From Thermoanaerobaculia bacterium (GTDB lineage Bacteria; Acidobacteriota; Thermoanaerobaculia; UBA5066), in the NCBI GenBank assembly GCA_038245905.1, contig JBBRRY010000031.1, positions 1-42,785 on the forward strand: DNA of 42,785 nucleotides, read 5' to 3'. Position 1 is the stretch's first letter, and every line of letters starts with the position of its first letter. Below, in pieces: positions 1 through 9,805 of the stretch. Position numbers and translations under genes: made by a program. The notes under the pieces were generated by a model that worked only from the letters and a program-made list of their open reading frames with translations, was not told where the DNA came from and did no database searches.

Positions 1-1557
1 ACCCTCACGGCCGAGACGCTCGAGGACTCGAAGGCGTTCTTCGACGGCTTCCGGCCCTCGCCGCGCGAGCGGGAGATTGCCGGAAAGATCCTGAAAGAGA
101 TCGGAGACCGCCTCGGCTTCCTGAACGACGTCGGGATCGGCTATCTCTCGTTGTCGCGCGCCTCGGCCACGCTCTCGGGCGGCGAGGCGCAGCGCATCCG
201 CCTCGCGACGCAGATCGGCAGCAAGCTGATGGGCGTCCTCTACGTTCTCGACGAGCCCTCGATCGGCCTCCACGCGAAGGACAACCGGAAGCTCATCGAC
301 ACGCTCGTCGCGATGCGCGACCTCGGAAACACCGTCGTCGTCGTGGAGCACGACGAGGAGACGATCCGCCTCGCGGACCGCGTCGTGGACCTCGGCCCCG
401 GCGCGGGCATCCACGGCGGTGAGATCGTGGGCGAGGGCCATGCCGACGAGCTCGTGAACTTTCCGCGCTCGCTCACGGGCAAGTACCTGTCCGGCGAGCT
501 CGCGATCGAGGTGCCGGCGAAGCGCCGACCCGGCACGGGGAAGTTCCTGACGGTGGCGGGCGCCACGGAGAACAACCTCAAGAACGTCACCGCGAAATTC
601 CCGCTCGGTGTCTTCACGGCGGTGACGGGGGTCTCCGGCTCCGGGAAGTCGACGCTCGTGAACGACATCCTCTACCGGGCCGCGGCGCGCATGTTCTACG
701 AGTCGTCGGGCAAGCCGGGGGCCCACCGGAAGATCGAGGGGCTCGAGCACCTCGACAAGGTCATCGACATCGACCAGTCGCCGATCGGACGCACGCCGCG
801 GAGCAACGCGGCCACCTACACGAACGTCTTCAATTCCATCCGAGACCTCATGTCCCAGGTTCCCGACGCCCGGATGCGCGGGTACGGCCCCGGGCGCTTC
901 TCGTTCAACGTGAAGGGCGGGCGCTGCGAGAACTGCGCGGGCGGCGGCCAGATCGCGATCGAAATGCATTTCCTACCGGACATCTACGTGACCTGCGACG
1001 TGTGCGGCGGGAAGCGCTACAACCGCGAGACGCTCGAGGTGCGCTACAAGGGCCTCAACGTCGCGGACATCCTCGCCCTCACGGCCGAGCAGGCCCGGGA
1101 CGTGTTCGCGAACGTGCCTCCCATCAAGCTCATCGCGGACACGCTCAACGACGTGGGCCTCGGGTACATCCAGCTCGGGCAGCCCGCGACGACGCTCTCG
1201 GGAGGCGAGGCCCAGCGCGTGAAGCTGGCCCGCGAGCTGGCCCGCCGGGCGACGGGACGCACGCTCTACATCCTCGACGAGCCCACGACAGGCCTTCACT
1301 TCGACGACGTGAAGAAGCTCCTGAAGGTGCTGCACGCGCTCGTCGACCGTGGCAACACGGTCGTCGTCATCGAGCACAACCTCGACGTCGTCAAGACGGC
1401 CGACTACGTGATCGACCTCGGACCCGAGGGCGGGGCGCGCGGCGGCGAGCTGATCGCTGCCGGGACGCCCGAGGAAGTCGCGAAGGCCGCGGGGTCCGTG
1501 ACGGGCCGTTTCCTCGCCCCGCTCCTTTCCCGCCGTCCGAGGGCCCCGATCCGCTAG
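1..1557 (+). CDS. uvrA: Excinuclease ABC subunit A, C-terminal part (5' end lies outside the window)
   Basis: Frame +1 is open from base 1. Two [11 protein letters not shown] signatures, LDEPSIGLH and LDEPTTGLH Walker B motifs, GVSGSGKS Walker A and a CxxC...CxxC zinc finger (CENC...CDVC). Confidence 0.97.
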   Translation, partial: TLTAETLEDSKAFFDGFRPSPREREIAGKILKEIGDRLGFLNDVGIGYLSLSRASATLSGGEAQRIRLATQIGSKLMGVLYVLDEPSIGLHAKDNRKLIDTLVAMRDLGNTVVVVEHDEETIRLADRVVDLGPGAGIHGGEIVGEGHADELVNFPRSLTGKYLSGELAIEVPAKRRPGTGKFLTVAGATENNLKNVTAKFPLGVFTAVTGVSGSGKSTLVNDILYRAAARMFYESSGKPGAHRKIEGLEHLDKVIDIDQSPIGRTPRSNAATYTNVFNSIRDLMSQVPDARMRGYGPGRFSFNVKGGRCENCAGGGQIAIEMHFLPDIYVTCDVCGGKRYNRETLEVRYKGLNVADILALTAEQARDVFANVPPIKLIADTLNDVGLGYIQLGQPATTLSGGEAQRVKLARELARRATGRTLYILDEPTTGLHFDDVKKLLKVLHALVDRGNTVVVIEHNLDVVKTADYVIDLGPEGGARGGELIAAGTPEEVAKAAGSVTGRFLAPLLSRRPRAPIR

Positions 1558-1571
1558 AATTTCAGACTACC

Positions 1572-2558
1572 TTGATCACGGGCTTCAATACGGACGTGAA
1601 GCACGAAACGAAGGTGTTTCACGTGCAGACGGAGGATCGCGGCCTCGCGAATCCCGTGGTGGAGTCCCTCGTTTACGTGGGCGGCGAGATCCTGCTCTCG
1701 AAAAAGAGCCCCTACAAGGATCTGATCACGGGCGACCGGGTGGACGAGAAGGCGCTGCGCGAGATGATGGATTTGCAGCACCGCCGCGTGATCGAGGCCG
1801 TCCGCCGGGGGCGCCTGAACAAGGGAAAGATCGGCGAGGCACCGTCCGACTGGGGCGACGACACGCTGCCGCACCCGGAGAGGGTCTCGCCGGCGGCGCT
1901 CGCCGCCGTGAGCGCGATCCTGTCGGCCCCTTCGGAACCATTTCCCGGCGATCGACCTGCCGCCGCCCGGCCGCGCGTGACGACGAGCGCGGCGACGCCG
2001 GTTTTCGAAGCGCCGTCGTCCAGCACCCGGGCGGCCCCCGCCGCGCCGCCACGGGCGGCCCCCGCCGCGCCGCCGCGGGCGGCCCCCGCCGCAGCCGGTG
2101 CCGCCGCCGGTGCCCCTGTGGCCGCCCGGCCAGCCGCTGGCGCGGCTCCCGCCGCCTCTGCGGCCGCGGGCCCGTCCAAGCCAAAGTCCGGGGCCGGGCT
2201 GCGCTCTCTGGATCAGGTCATCGTCGACTACCTTGCCTCGGAGGCCGCCTCGGAGCACCTCGAGATCGCGGTGACCACGGACGGCGAGCTCTTGTCCGGA
2301 GCCACCGTGACGATCACCGTGAAGGCCTCGACCTCTCTGACCGAGAGGCCCCTCGCGGGCGCCCACGTTTCGATGCGCGTCGTTTCCACGGTCCGGCCGC
2401 CGCAAATCCTCTTTCGCGGGGTCACGGGCGCTGACGGCGTCGTGGCGTCCGCGTGCGTCCTGCCCGACATCGGCACCGGGAACGCGGCGCTCATCATCGC
2501 CGCCTCCTCGTCCCTGGGGAACAACGAGATCAAGCAGCTCATCAAGAAGAAGCCCTGA
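1572..2558 (+). CDS. Conserved hypothetical protein: globular N-terminal domain, Ala/Pro-rich linker, beta-rich C-terminal domain
   Basis: Likely TTG start at 1572 (MITGFNTDVKHETKVFHVQTEDRG...), in frame with ORF 1002..2558, whose upstream part is a shadow of uvrA. Codon usage is coding-like and there is an internal SLDQVIVDYLA motif. Confidence 0.75.
   Translation: MITGFNTDVKHETKVFHVQTEDRGLANPVVESLVYVGGEILLSKKSPYKDLITGDRVDEKALREMMDLQHRRVIEAVRRGRLNKGKIGEAPSDWGDDTLPHPERVSPAALAAVSAILSAPSEPFPGDRPAAARPRVTTSAATPVFEAPSSSTRAAPAAPPRAAPAAPPRAAPAAAGAAAGAPVAARPAAGAAPAASAAAGPSKPKSGAGLRSLDQVIVDYLASEAASEHLEIAVTTDGELLSGATVTITVKASTSLTERPLAGAHVSMRVVSTVRPPQILFRGVTGADGVVASACVLPDIGTGNAALIIAASSSLGNNEIKQLIKKKP
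2028..2093 (+). repeat. In-frame 24-bp tandem repeat, about 2.7 copies, encoding RAAPAAPP
   Basis: cgggcggcccccgccgcgccgcc(a/g) at 2028 and 2052, with a partial copy at 2076. Confidence 0.9.
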
Positions 2559-2568
2559 TAGGGCGCGC

Positions 2569-2597
2569 TTGAAGAGCCAGCGAGGAGAGGGTATATT
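2569..2597 (+). promoter_or_regulatory. Sigma70-type promoter for tRNA-Lys
   Basis: TTGAAG (2569-2574), 17-bp spacer, TATATT (2592-2597), about 35 bp upstream of the tRNA. Confidence 0.65.
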
Positions 2598-2633
2598 TCT
2601 CGACCCGCCGCGGGGTAACCTCCGGGGCGTCAC

Positions 2634-2709
2634 GGGCCGATAGCTCAATTGGCAGAGCAAGAGACTCTTAATCTCTGGGTTGTGGGTTCAAGTCCCTCTC
2701 GGCTCACCA
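2634..2709 (+). tRNA. tRNA-Lys (anticodon CTT)
   Basis: Acceptor stem GGGCCGA/TCGGCTC, anticodon arm AGAGA-CT-CTT-AA-TCTCT, T-loop TTCAAGT, encoded CCA; 76 nt. Confidence 0.95.
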
Positions 2710-2718
2710 CGATTCGAC

Positions 2719-2749
2719 AAGCCGGTCGCAGACGCGGCCGGCTTTTTTT
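2719..2749 (+). terminator. Rho-independent terminator after tRNA-Lys
   Basis: Hairpin aagccggtcgc-agac-gcggccggctt running into a T7 tract. Confidence 0.85.
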
Positions 2750-2791
2750 CTTCTGCTGAAGAGAAAAGAAGGGAAAGAGGGGATTCTTAGA

Positions 2792-4852
2792 ATGAGTAAG
2801 AACGTGATGCGCCGGAGCGTGGTCTGGAATGTCATCTTTTTCTTCTCCCTCCCCGCCCTCGCCGCCCGGCCCATGACGATCGAGGACAACCTCCTGACCG
2901 TCCGCGTTGCGGACCCCCGGCTGTCCCCCGACGGAAGGTCCGTCGCCTTCGTGCGCACGACGACCGACCTCGCCTCGGGCAAGCGCAACGCGGACGTCTG
3001 GATCGTTCCCGCCGACGGCTCGGCACCGCCGCGCGCCCTGACTCGCCACGAGAAGGCCGACAACGCGCCGCGGTTCTCACCGGACGGCAAGACGCTCGCG
3101 TTCATCTCGACGCGTTCGGGCGTTCCCCAGGTTTACCTGCTGGATCTCTCAGGCGGCGAGCCGCGCAAGCTGACCGACCTCGCCGCCGGCGTCCAGGACC
3201 CGCTCGTCTTTTCGCCGGACGGGAAGAAGCTCGCGTTCGTCTCGGACGTGTATCCGGACTGCGCGGACGAAGCCTGCAACAAGAAAGCTCGCGAGGAGCT
3301 CGAGAAGGACCCCGTGAAAGTTCACAGGCTCACGCGCCTCCTCTACCGGCACTGGGACGAGTGGCGCGAGAACGTGCGCCACCACGTCTTCGTGGCCGAC
3401 GTCGCGACCGGCACGGCGACGGACGTGACGCCGGGCGACTTCGACTCGCCGCCGCATCTCTACGAGGACGGCGGCATCGCGTTCTCGCCCGACGGCGGGG
3501 AGATCGCGTTCGTCTCGGATCGGGACGGGGCGGACAAGGAGGCCTTCGGCACGAACAAGGACGTCTGGACGGTGAGCGTGTCGGGTGGGACAGCCTCGAA
3601 GCTGACCGCCCTGAACCCGGCGGCCGACTTCGACCCGGCGTACACGCCGGACGGAGCGTCGATCATCGTGCGCGCCCAGCGCCGCGCGGGCTTCGAGGCC
3701 GACCGCTGGTATCTCGACGTCTACGACCGCAAGACGAAGGCGAAGCGGACCGTGTTCGAAGACCCGGATCTTTCTGTTTCGGATTTCTGCCTGGGACGTG
3801 ACGGCAAGACCGTTTACTTCACCGCGGAGCGTGAGGGCCGCAAAGATCTCTTCGAAGTGTCCCTCGCGGGCGGCACGCCGAAGCTGCTGAAAAAGGGCGG
3901 CGCAATCGGAAGCGTGCAGGCCGGAGCGGGCCGTCTCGTCTTCACGGAGGCCTCCCTCACCGCTCCGCCCGAGATCTTCTCTTTACTACTAGAAGAAAAA
4001 TCTTCTTCTTCTTCCGGTGCGAAGGCGCTGACCGACGAGAACCGCTCCTGGCGGAAGGACGTCGCGATGTCGGCGCCCGAGAGCCTTTCCGCGACCGGCG
4101 CCGGGGGCGCGCGCGTGCAGTACTGGCTCGTGAAGCCGCCGGCGTTCGACCCGGCGAAGAAGTACCCGGTCGTCTTCCTCATCCACGGCGGCCCGCAGGG
4201 CGCGTGGGAGGACGGCTGGTCCGCCCGCTGGAACCCTTCGCTCTGGGCGGCGCAGGGCTGGGTGGTGGTCGCCCCGAATCCGCGCGGCTCGACGGGCTTC
4301 GGCCAGAAGTTCGTGGACGAGATCTCCGGCGACTGGGGCGGCAAGGTTATGACGGATCTCGACGCCGTGTTCGACGCGGCCTCAAAGATGCCGTTCGTCG
4401 ACGCGACGAAGCAGGGGATCGCGGGCGCGAGCTACGGCGGCTACGCCGTGGACTGGATTCTCGGCCACACGAACCGATTCAAGGCGGCTGTCACGCACGA
4501 CGGGGTCTTCAACCTCGAGTCCATGTCGCTCGCGACCGAGGAGCTGTGGTTCTCGAACTGGGAGTTCGGCGGCGCGCCGTGGAGCGAGGCCGCGCGCAAG
4601 CAGTACGCGAAATGGTCGCCGCACCTCTTCGCCCACAACATCCGGACGCCGACCCTCATCGTCACGAACGCGCTCGACTACCGCGTGCCGGTCGACCAGG
4701 GCCTCCAGATGTTCACGGTGCTGCGCGGGAACGGCGTGCCTTCGGAGGCGCTCGTGTTTCCGGACGAGGGCCACTGGGTCCTGAAGCCGCTCAACAGCAA
4801 GAGGTGGCACGAGGCGGTTTTCGGCTGGATGAAGAAGTATCTGGAGAAATAG
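2792..4852 (+). CDS. Secreted S9 family peptidase (prolyl oligopeptidase/acylaminoacyl peptidase type)
   Basis: Signal peptide ending ALA-A, repeated FSPDG beta-propeller blades, IHGGP, nucleophile elbow GASYGG, catalytic Asp (DYRVP) and His (DEGH). The start could instead be at 2804 or 2807. Confidence 0.92.
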   Translation: MSKNVMRRSVVWNVIFFFSLPALAARPMTIEDNLLTVRVADPRLSPDGRSVAFVRTTTDLASGKRNADVWIVPADGSAPPRALTRHEKADNAPRFSPDGKTLAFISTRSGVPQVYLLDLSGGEPRKLTDLAAGVQDPLVFSPDGKKLAFVSDVYPDCADEACNKKAREELEKDPVKVHRLTRLLYRHWDEWRENVRHHVFVADVATGTATDVTPGDFDSPPHLYEDGGIAFSPDGGEIAFVSDRDGADKEAFGTNKDVWTVSVSGGTASKLTALNPAADFDPAYTPDGASIIVRAQRRAGFEADRWYLDVYDRKTKAKRTVFEDPDLSVSDFCLGRDGKTVYFTAEREGRKDLFEVSLAGGTPKLLKKGGAIGSVQAGAGRLVFTEASLTAPPEIFSLLLEEKSSSSSGAKALTDENRSWRKDVAMSAPESLSATGAGGARVQYWLVKPPAFDPAKKYPVVFLIHGGPQGAWEDGWSARWNPSLWAAQGWVVVAPNPRGSTGFGQKFVDEISGDWGGKVMTDLDAVFDAASKMPFVDATKQGIAGASYGGYAVDWILGHTNRFKAAVTHDGVFNLESMSLATEELWFSNWEFGGAPWSEAARKQYAKWSPHLFAHNIRTPTLIVTNALDYRVPVDQGLQMFTVLRGNGVPSEALVFPDEGHWVLKPLNSKRWHEAVFGWMKKYLEK

Positions 4853-4877
4853 GGCAAACTTTGGTCCGGCCCGTCCC

Positions 4878-4961
4878 GCGGGAGTGGCGGAATGGCAGAC
4901 GCGCGGGACTTAGGATCCCGTGGGGTGACCCGTGAGGGTTCGACTCCCTCCTCCCGCACCA
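4878..4961 (+). tRNA. tRNA-Leu (anticodon TAG)
   Basis: Acceptor GCGGGAG/CTCCCGC, anticodon arm CGGGA-CT-TAG-GA-TCCCG, long variable arm, GGTTCGACTCC, encoded CCA. It sits directly upstream of tig. Confidence 0.95.
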
Positions 4962-5005
4962 GGGTTCCGGGCACGAGAGAAGACGACAGAGAAGGGTAAC
5001 GTTTC

Positions 5006-6307
5006 ATGATCACCTCGTACGTCGACGAATCTCCCACGAAGAAAGTCTTCACCTTCGAGGTGCCCGCGGAAGACGTCCGCAAGGCGACCGACCGGACGGT
5101 GAAGGGCATCGCGAAGCAGGTTCGCCTCCCGGGCTTCCGGCCCGGGAAAGTCCCCCCGGACATGATCAAGAAGCGCTTCGCCGAGGACGTCAAGAACGAC
5201 GTGCTCGAGCACCTCATCCAGGCGTCGGTCGCCGACGCCCTGCGTGAGAAAAACCTCGTCCCGCTCGGCCAGCCGAAGATCGAGGACCTCAAGTTCGAGT
5301 TCGACGCGCCGCTCTCCTTCAAGGTGGAGATCGAGGTGCGCCCCGCCGTCGAGCCGACGGACTACCGCGGCCTCAAGGTGCCCGCCGGCAACGTCGTGCC
5401 GACGGCCGAGGACATCGACGGTCTCATCGGGCGGATCCGCGAGGGGCATTCCACCTACGAGCCGATCGAGGGCCGTGCCGCGAAAGACGGCGACTTCGCT
5501 CTCGTGGACATCAAGGGCTCGTTCCCGAAGGGCGACGGCAAGGACTTCGCGGCCGACAAGACTCTCGTCGAGGTCGGCGGCGAGCACACGATGCCCGAGC
5601 TCTCCGCGCACATTAGGAACGCGGAGCCGGGGGTCACGGTCACGTTCCAGAAGGACTGGGCAGCCGACGTCCCGGACAAGGACTTCGCGGGGAAGACCGT
5701 TCTCTACACGGTGCACCTCGCGGCCCTGAAGGTGCGGGTCCTTCCAGCTCTGGACGACGAGTTCGCGCGCCTCGCGCTGACGCCGAGGGAGGGCGAGGCC
5801 CCCGAGGACGCGAACCTCGCGATGCTGAACGAGAAGGTCGCGGACTCCTTGAAGCGCGAGAAGGAGCAGGCGGTCAAGGAGACGCGCCGTCGCGCCGTTC
5901 TCGACGGCCTCCTCGCGCTCCACGAGGTCCCGGCGCCGGAGTCGATGGTCGAGTCGGAGATCGACTCCGCCCTGAAGGACTACGCCCGGCACCTCTCGCG
6001 CGAGGGCGTCGACCTGAAGGAAGCCCATGTCGACTGGAACGAGCTGCGCAAGGAAGCGCGTCCGGCGGCGGAACGCCGTGTGAAGGAATACCTGCTCCTC
6101 GACGCGATCGGGGACAAGGAAAACGTGACGGTCACGGATACCGAGCTCGACGCCGAGCTGAAGCGCCGCGCGCAGGCCATGGGGATGACATTCGCGGAGC
6201 TGAAGGCCGCGATCGTGAAGGCGGGGCGTCTCGAGGGAATGCGCGAAGAGCTGCGGATCGACCGCGTCCTCGATTTCCTTCTGGCCGAAGCCGTGGTCGC
6301 GGGCTGA
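5006..6307 (+). CDS. tig: Trigger factor
   Basis: Ribosome-binding signature [14 protein letters not shown]-like middle domain, 433 aa, upstream of clpP. Confidence 0.95.
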   Translation: MITSYVDESPTKKVFTFEVPAEDVRKATDRTVKGIAKQVRLPGFRPGKVPPDMIKKRFAEDVKNDVLEHLIQASVADALREKNLVPLGQPKIEDLKFEFDAPLSFKVEIEVRPAVEPTDYRGLKVPAGNVVPTAEDIDGLIGRIREGHSTYEPIEGRAAKDGDFALVDIKGSFPKGDGKDFAADKTLVEVGGEHTMPELSAHIRNAEPGVTVTFQKDWAADVPDKDFAGKTVLYTVHLAALKVRVLPALDDEFARLALTPREGEAPEDANLAMLNEKVADSLKREKEQAVKETRRRAVLDGLLALHEVPAPESMVESEIDSALKDYARHLSREGVDLKEAHVDWNELRKEARPAAERRVKEYLLLDAIGDKENVTVTDTELDAELKRRAQAMGMTFAELKAAIVKAGRLEGMREELRIDRVLDFLLAEAVVAG

Positions 6308-6342
6308 AGAGCTTTGTAAACTGGGTAAAGCGGAGGAATTCC

Positions 6343-6942
6343 ATGCTGATTCCGATGGTCATCGAGCAGACGAACCGCGGCGAGCGCGCCTACGACATCT
6401 ACTCGCGCCTGCTCAAGGACAACGTCATCTTTCTGGGCTCGACGGTGAATGACGACGTCGCGAACCTCATCATCGCGCAGATGCTGTTCCTCGAGGCGGA
6501 GAACCCGGAGAAGGACATCACGCTCTACATCAATTCACCCGGCGGCTCCGTCTCGGCCGGCCTCGCGATCTACGACACGATGCAATACGTGAAGTGCGAC
6601 GTGGCGACGTACTGCCTCGGACAGGCGGCGTCCATGGGTGCGCTCCTTCTCGCGGGCGGCGCGAAGGGGAAGCGCTCCGCGCTGCCCAACGCGCGCATCC
6701 TCATTCACCAGCCGCACGGCGGTGCCGAGGGACAGGCCTCGGATATCGAGATCCAGGCCCGCGAGATGCTGCGCACGAAGCATCGCCTGAACGAGATCCT
6801 CGCGTTCCACACGGGCCAGCCCGTCGAAAAGATTTCGCGCGACACGGACCGCGACAACATCTTCGAGCCCGACGGAGCCAAGGAGTACGGTCTCATCGAC
6901 CTCGTGATCCGGCGGCGCGAAGGGACGAAGAGCGCGGCCTGA
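6343..6942 (+). CDS. clpP: ATP-dependent Clp protease proteolytic subunit
   Basis: [15 protein letters not shown], catalytic Ser in GQAASMG, His in IHQP, Asp in DRD. GGAGG Shine-Dalgarno upstream. Confidence 0.97.
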   Translation: MLIPMVIEQTNRGERAYDIYSRLLKDNVIFLGSTVNDDVANLIIAQMLFLEAENPEKDITLYINSPGGSVSAGLAIYDTMQYVKCDVATYCLGQAASMGALLLAGGAKGKRSALPNARILIHQPHGGAEGQASDIEIQAREMLRTKHRLNEILAFHTGQPVEKISRDTDRDNIFEPDGAKEYGLIDLVIRRREGTKSAA

Positions 6943-6952
6943 AGTCGTCCGC

Positions 6953-8425
6953 CTACCGGAACATCCACGACATGAACGCATGCCATTGCGTTGCTTCCGC
7001 GTGGAACGTGTCGAAGTCGTCGTAGGTCGTGATCCGCTTTCCCCACGACCAAGAGCCCCCAAGAGAGAAGGGCCCCGCGACGGGAATCCGCGCCTCAGCC
7101 TTGAAGGACTGGAGACTTGCGTTGCGCCCGATCCCGTCTGACGTGTGCGTCCAGAACAGCTCGTAGGTGAGGGTTGCGAGGTCGAGCTCCCTCCGCCGGA
7201 GACGAACCACCGTGTAGACCCCCGCCCCCGGTCCGTAGTCGTACGAGCGGCCCACTTCACCGCTCGATTCCGCCAGGTGGTCGTTCTGGATCGCGACAAG
7301 GGGCGCGACCACCGCAAGGGCCTCGGCGCGCAGCTCGACGCCCTTGCCGAGGGGACGCATCGAGAGAAGCCCGAACTGGAAGTTCTGCGAGCTGAAGACG
7401 CGCGTGTTGTTGTTCATGTAGTCGAAGTCCATGAACACCCCGACGACGTGTCGCGCCCCGGCCGAGCCGGGGTCGATGTCCCAGCCTCCGAGGAGGCCCC
7501 GGATCTCGACGCGCGTGAGCCACGCCGAGCTCGGGTACGCAAGGTCGGTCACAAGGTCGAAATAGTCGAAGGGGCGCGAGACGGCGCGGTCGAATGGGTC
7601 GCCGTAGCGGATGGCCGCGCCGAACATCGCCTGGTCCGGCGGGTCCGTCTTGCGGCCCTTGATGAAGTGGCGCCAGCCCGCGTCGAGCTCCGCGACGAAT
7701 CGTGAGGGCTCGACGGCTGCACCGCGCTCTTCGCGGTGGGCCCACGCATCGCCCGTCGTAAGGCGCGTCAGGAGCAGTGTCGGGTTCACGAGGCCCGCCA
7801 GCGCTTCGCGGAGGACGCGCGTGCCACCGCGAGCCCGGTCGTCCAGGATCACCTGTGAGAGCCGGTACGAGGCCTCGCCCATCGTCATGCCGCCGAGCGT
7901 CGTGTTCACGAGGTCGTTGAGCGACGGGCCCTGCGTCTCGCCGAACATCTCCCACAAGTAGCTCCCGGCAAGGACGAATGGCGCCGACTCCCAGAACGAG
8001 TAGCCGTTCGTCCGTGGCGCGTTGAAGTAGAGGCCGCCTGCGATCGTGTGTCCGAGCTGGTTCGTCGTGAACTTGTCGTTGTCGTACGAGAAGCCGACGT
8101 CGAAGTTCCTCCGGATCGACTCGATCGAGATGTGGGAGTAGTCCTCGTCGTTCACGAACCGGTCCTGTGCGTAGGGGAGGAACTCGAGAAGGCCGATCTC
8201 GGCGGCCGCCAGCCAGAAGCGCTTCTTGGGCTTCTTCACGGGGGCCCCGCCGGGGCCCTTCGGAGGCGGGGGCGGCGCGGCCTCCGGGAAGAGGTGAAAG
8301 CGCTGCGGCTCGGGGGAAAGCGCGGCGTCCTGGGCTCGGGCGCTCCGGGCTGCCAGCGCCGCGGTTACGAGCACCACCGCGGCGAGGTGTCGGGCTGTCT
8401 GCATCATCGGGGCGGGCCGAATCAT
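6953..8425 (-). CDS. DUF3943-like exported, probably outer-membrane, protein
   Basis: Signal peptide (ARA-Q). Segment HTIAGGLYFNAPRTNGYSFWES...LWEMFGE...PSLNDLVNTTLGGMTMGEASYRL resembles DUF3943. The C-terminal half has alternating beta-strand character and ends in an aromatic-rich tail (SWMFR). The start may be 8407 or 8404. Confidence 0.75.
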   Translation of the reverse strand: MIRPAPMMQTARHLAAVVLVTAALAARSARAQDAALSPEPQRFHLFPEAAPPPPPKGPGGAPVKKPKKRFWLAAAEIGLLEFLPYAQDRFVNDEDYSHISIESIRRNFDVGFSYDNDKFTTNQLGHTIAGGLYFNAPRTNGYSFWESAPFVLAGSYLWEMFGETQGPSLNDLVNTTLGGMTMGEASYRLSQVILDDRARGGTRVLREALAGLVNPTLLLTRLTTGDAWAHREERGAAVEPSRFVAELDAGWRHFIKGRKTDPPDQAMFGAAIRYGDPFDRAVSRPFDYFDLVTDLAYPSSAWLTRVEIRGLLGGWDIDPGSAGARHVVGVFMDFDYMNNNTRVFSSQNFQFGLLSMRPLGKGVELRAEALAVVAPLVAIQNDHLAESSGEVGRSYDYGPGAGVYTVVRLRRRELDLATLTYELFWTHTSDGIGRNASLQSFKAEARIPVAGPFSLGGSWSWGKRITTYDDFDTFHAEATQWHAFMSWMFR

Positions 8426-8473
8426 AGGGTAGGCTCCCTGGCCGGGACGGTGGGAATGAGCCGGACCCGCAGT

Positions 8474-8503
8474 TTGTTCCGTGTGGTCGGGAGGCGGTAA
8501 GAT
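8474..8503 (+). promoter_or_regulatory. Putative sigma70-type promoter for clpX
   Basis: TTGTTC (8474-8479), 18 bp, TAAGAT (8498-8503), 36 bp before the clpX ATG. Confidence 0.4.
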
Positions 8504-8539
8504 GCCGTCTCAGGACTCCGAGGGGGACCGGGTAAGGCG

Positions 8540-9784
<1,245 letters not shown>

Positions 9785-9805
9785 ATTGGAACTGGTGACA
9801 CCCCG

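Noticed and set aside
1002-1571. N-terminal half of the 518-aa ORF 1002..2558
   Set aside because: Arg/Gly/Pro-rich shadow translation of uvrA in another frame. Protein-like sequence begins only at the TTG at 1572.
2028-2093. CRISPR-like repeat
   Set aside because: Directly adjacent in-frame repeats without spacers, inside a coding linker, and no cas genes in the window.
2634-4961. Genomic island or prophage integrated at tRNA-Lys or tRNA-Leu
   Set aside because: No integrase, no duplicated tRNA 3' end was spotted, and the enclosed peptidase has host-like codon usage.
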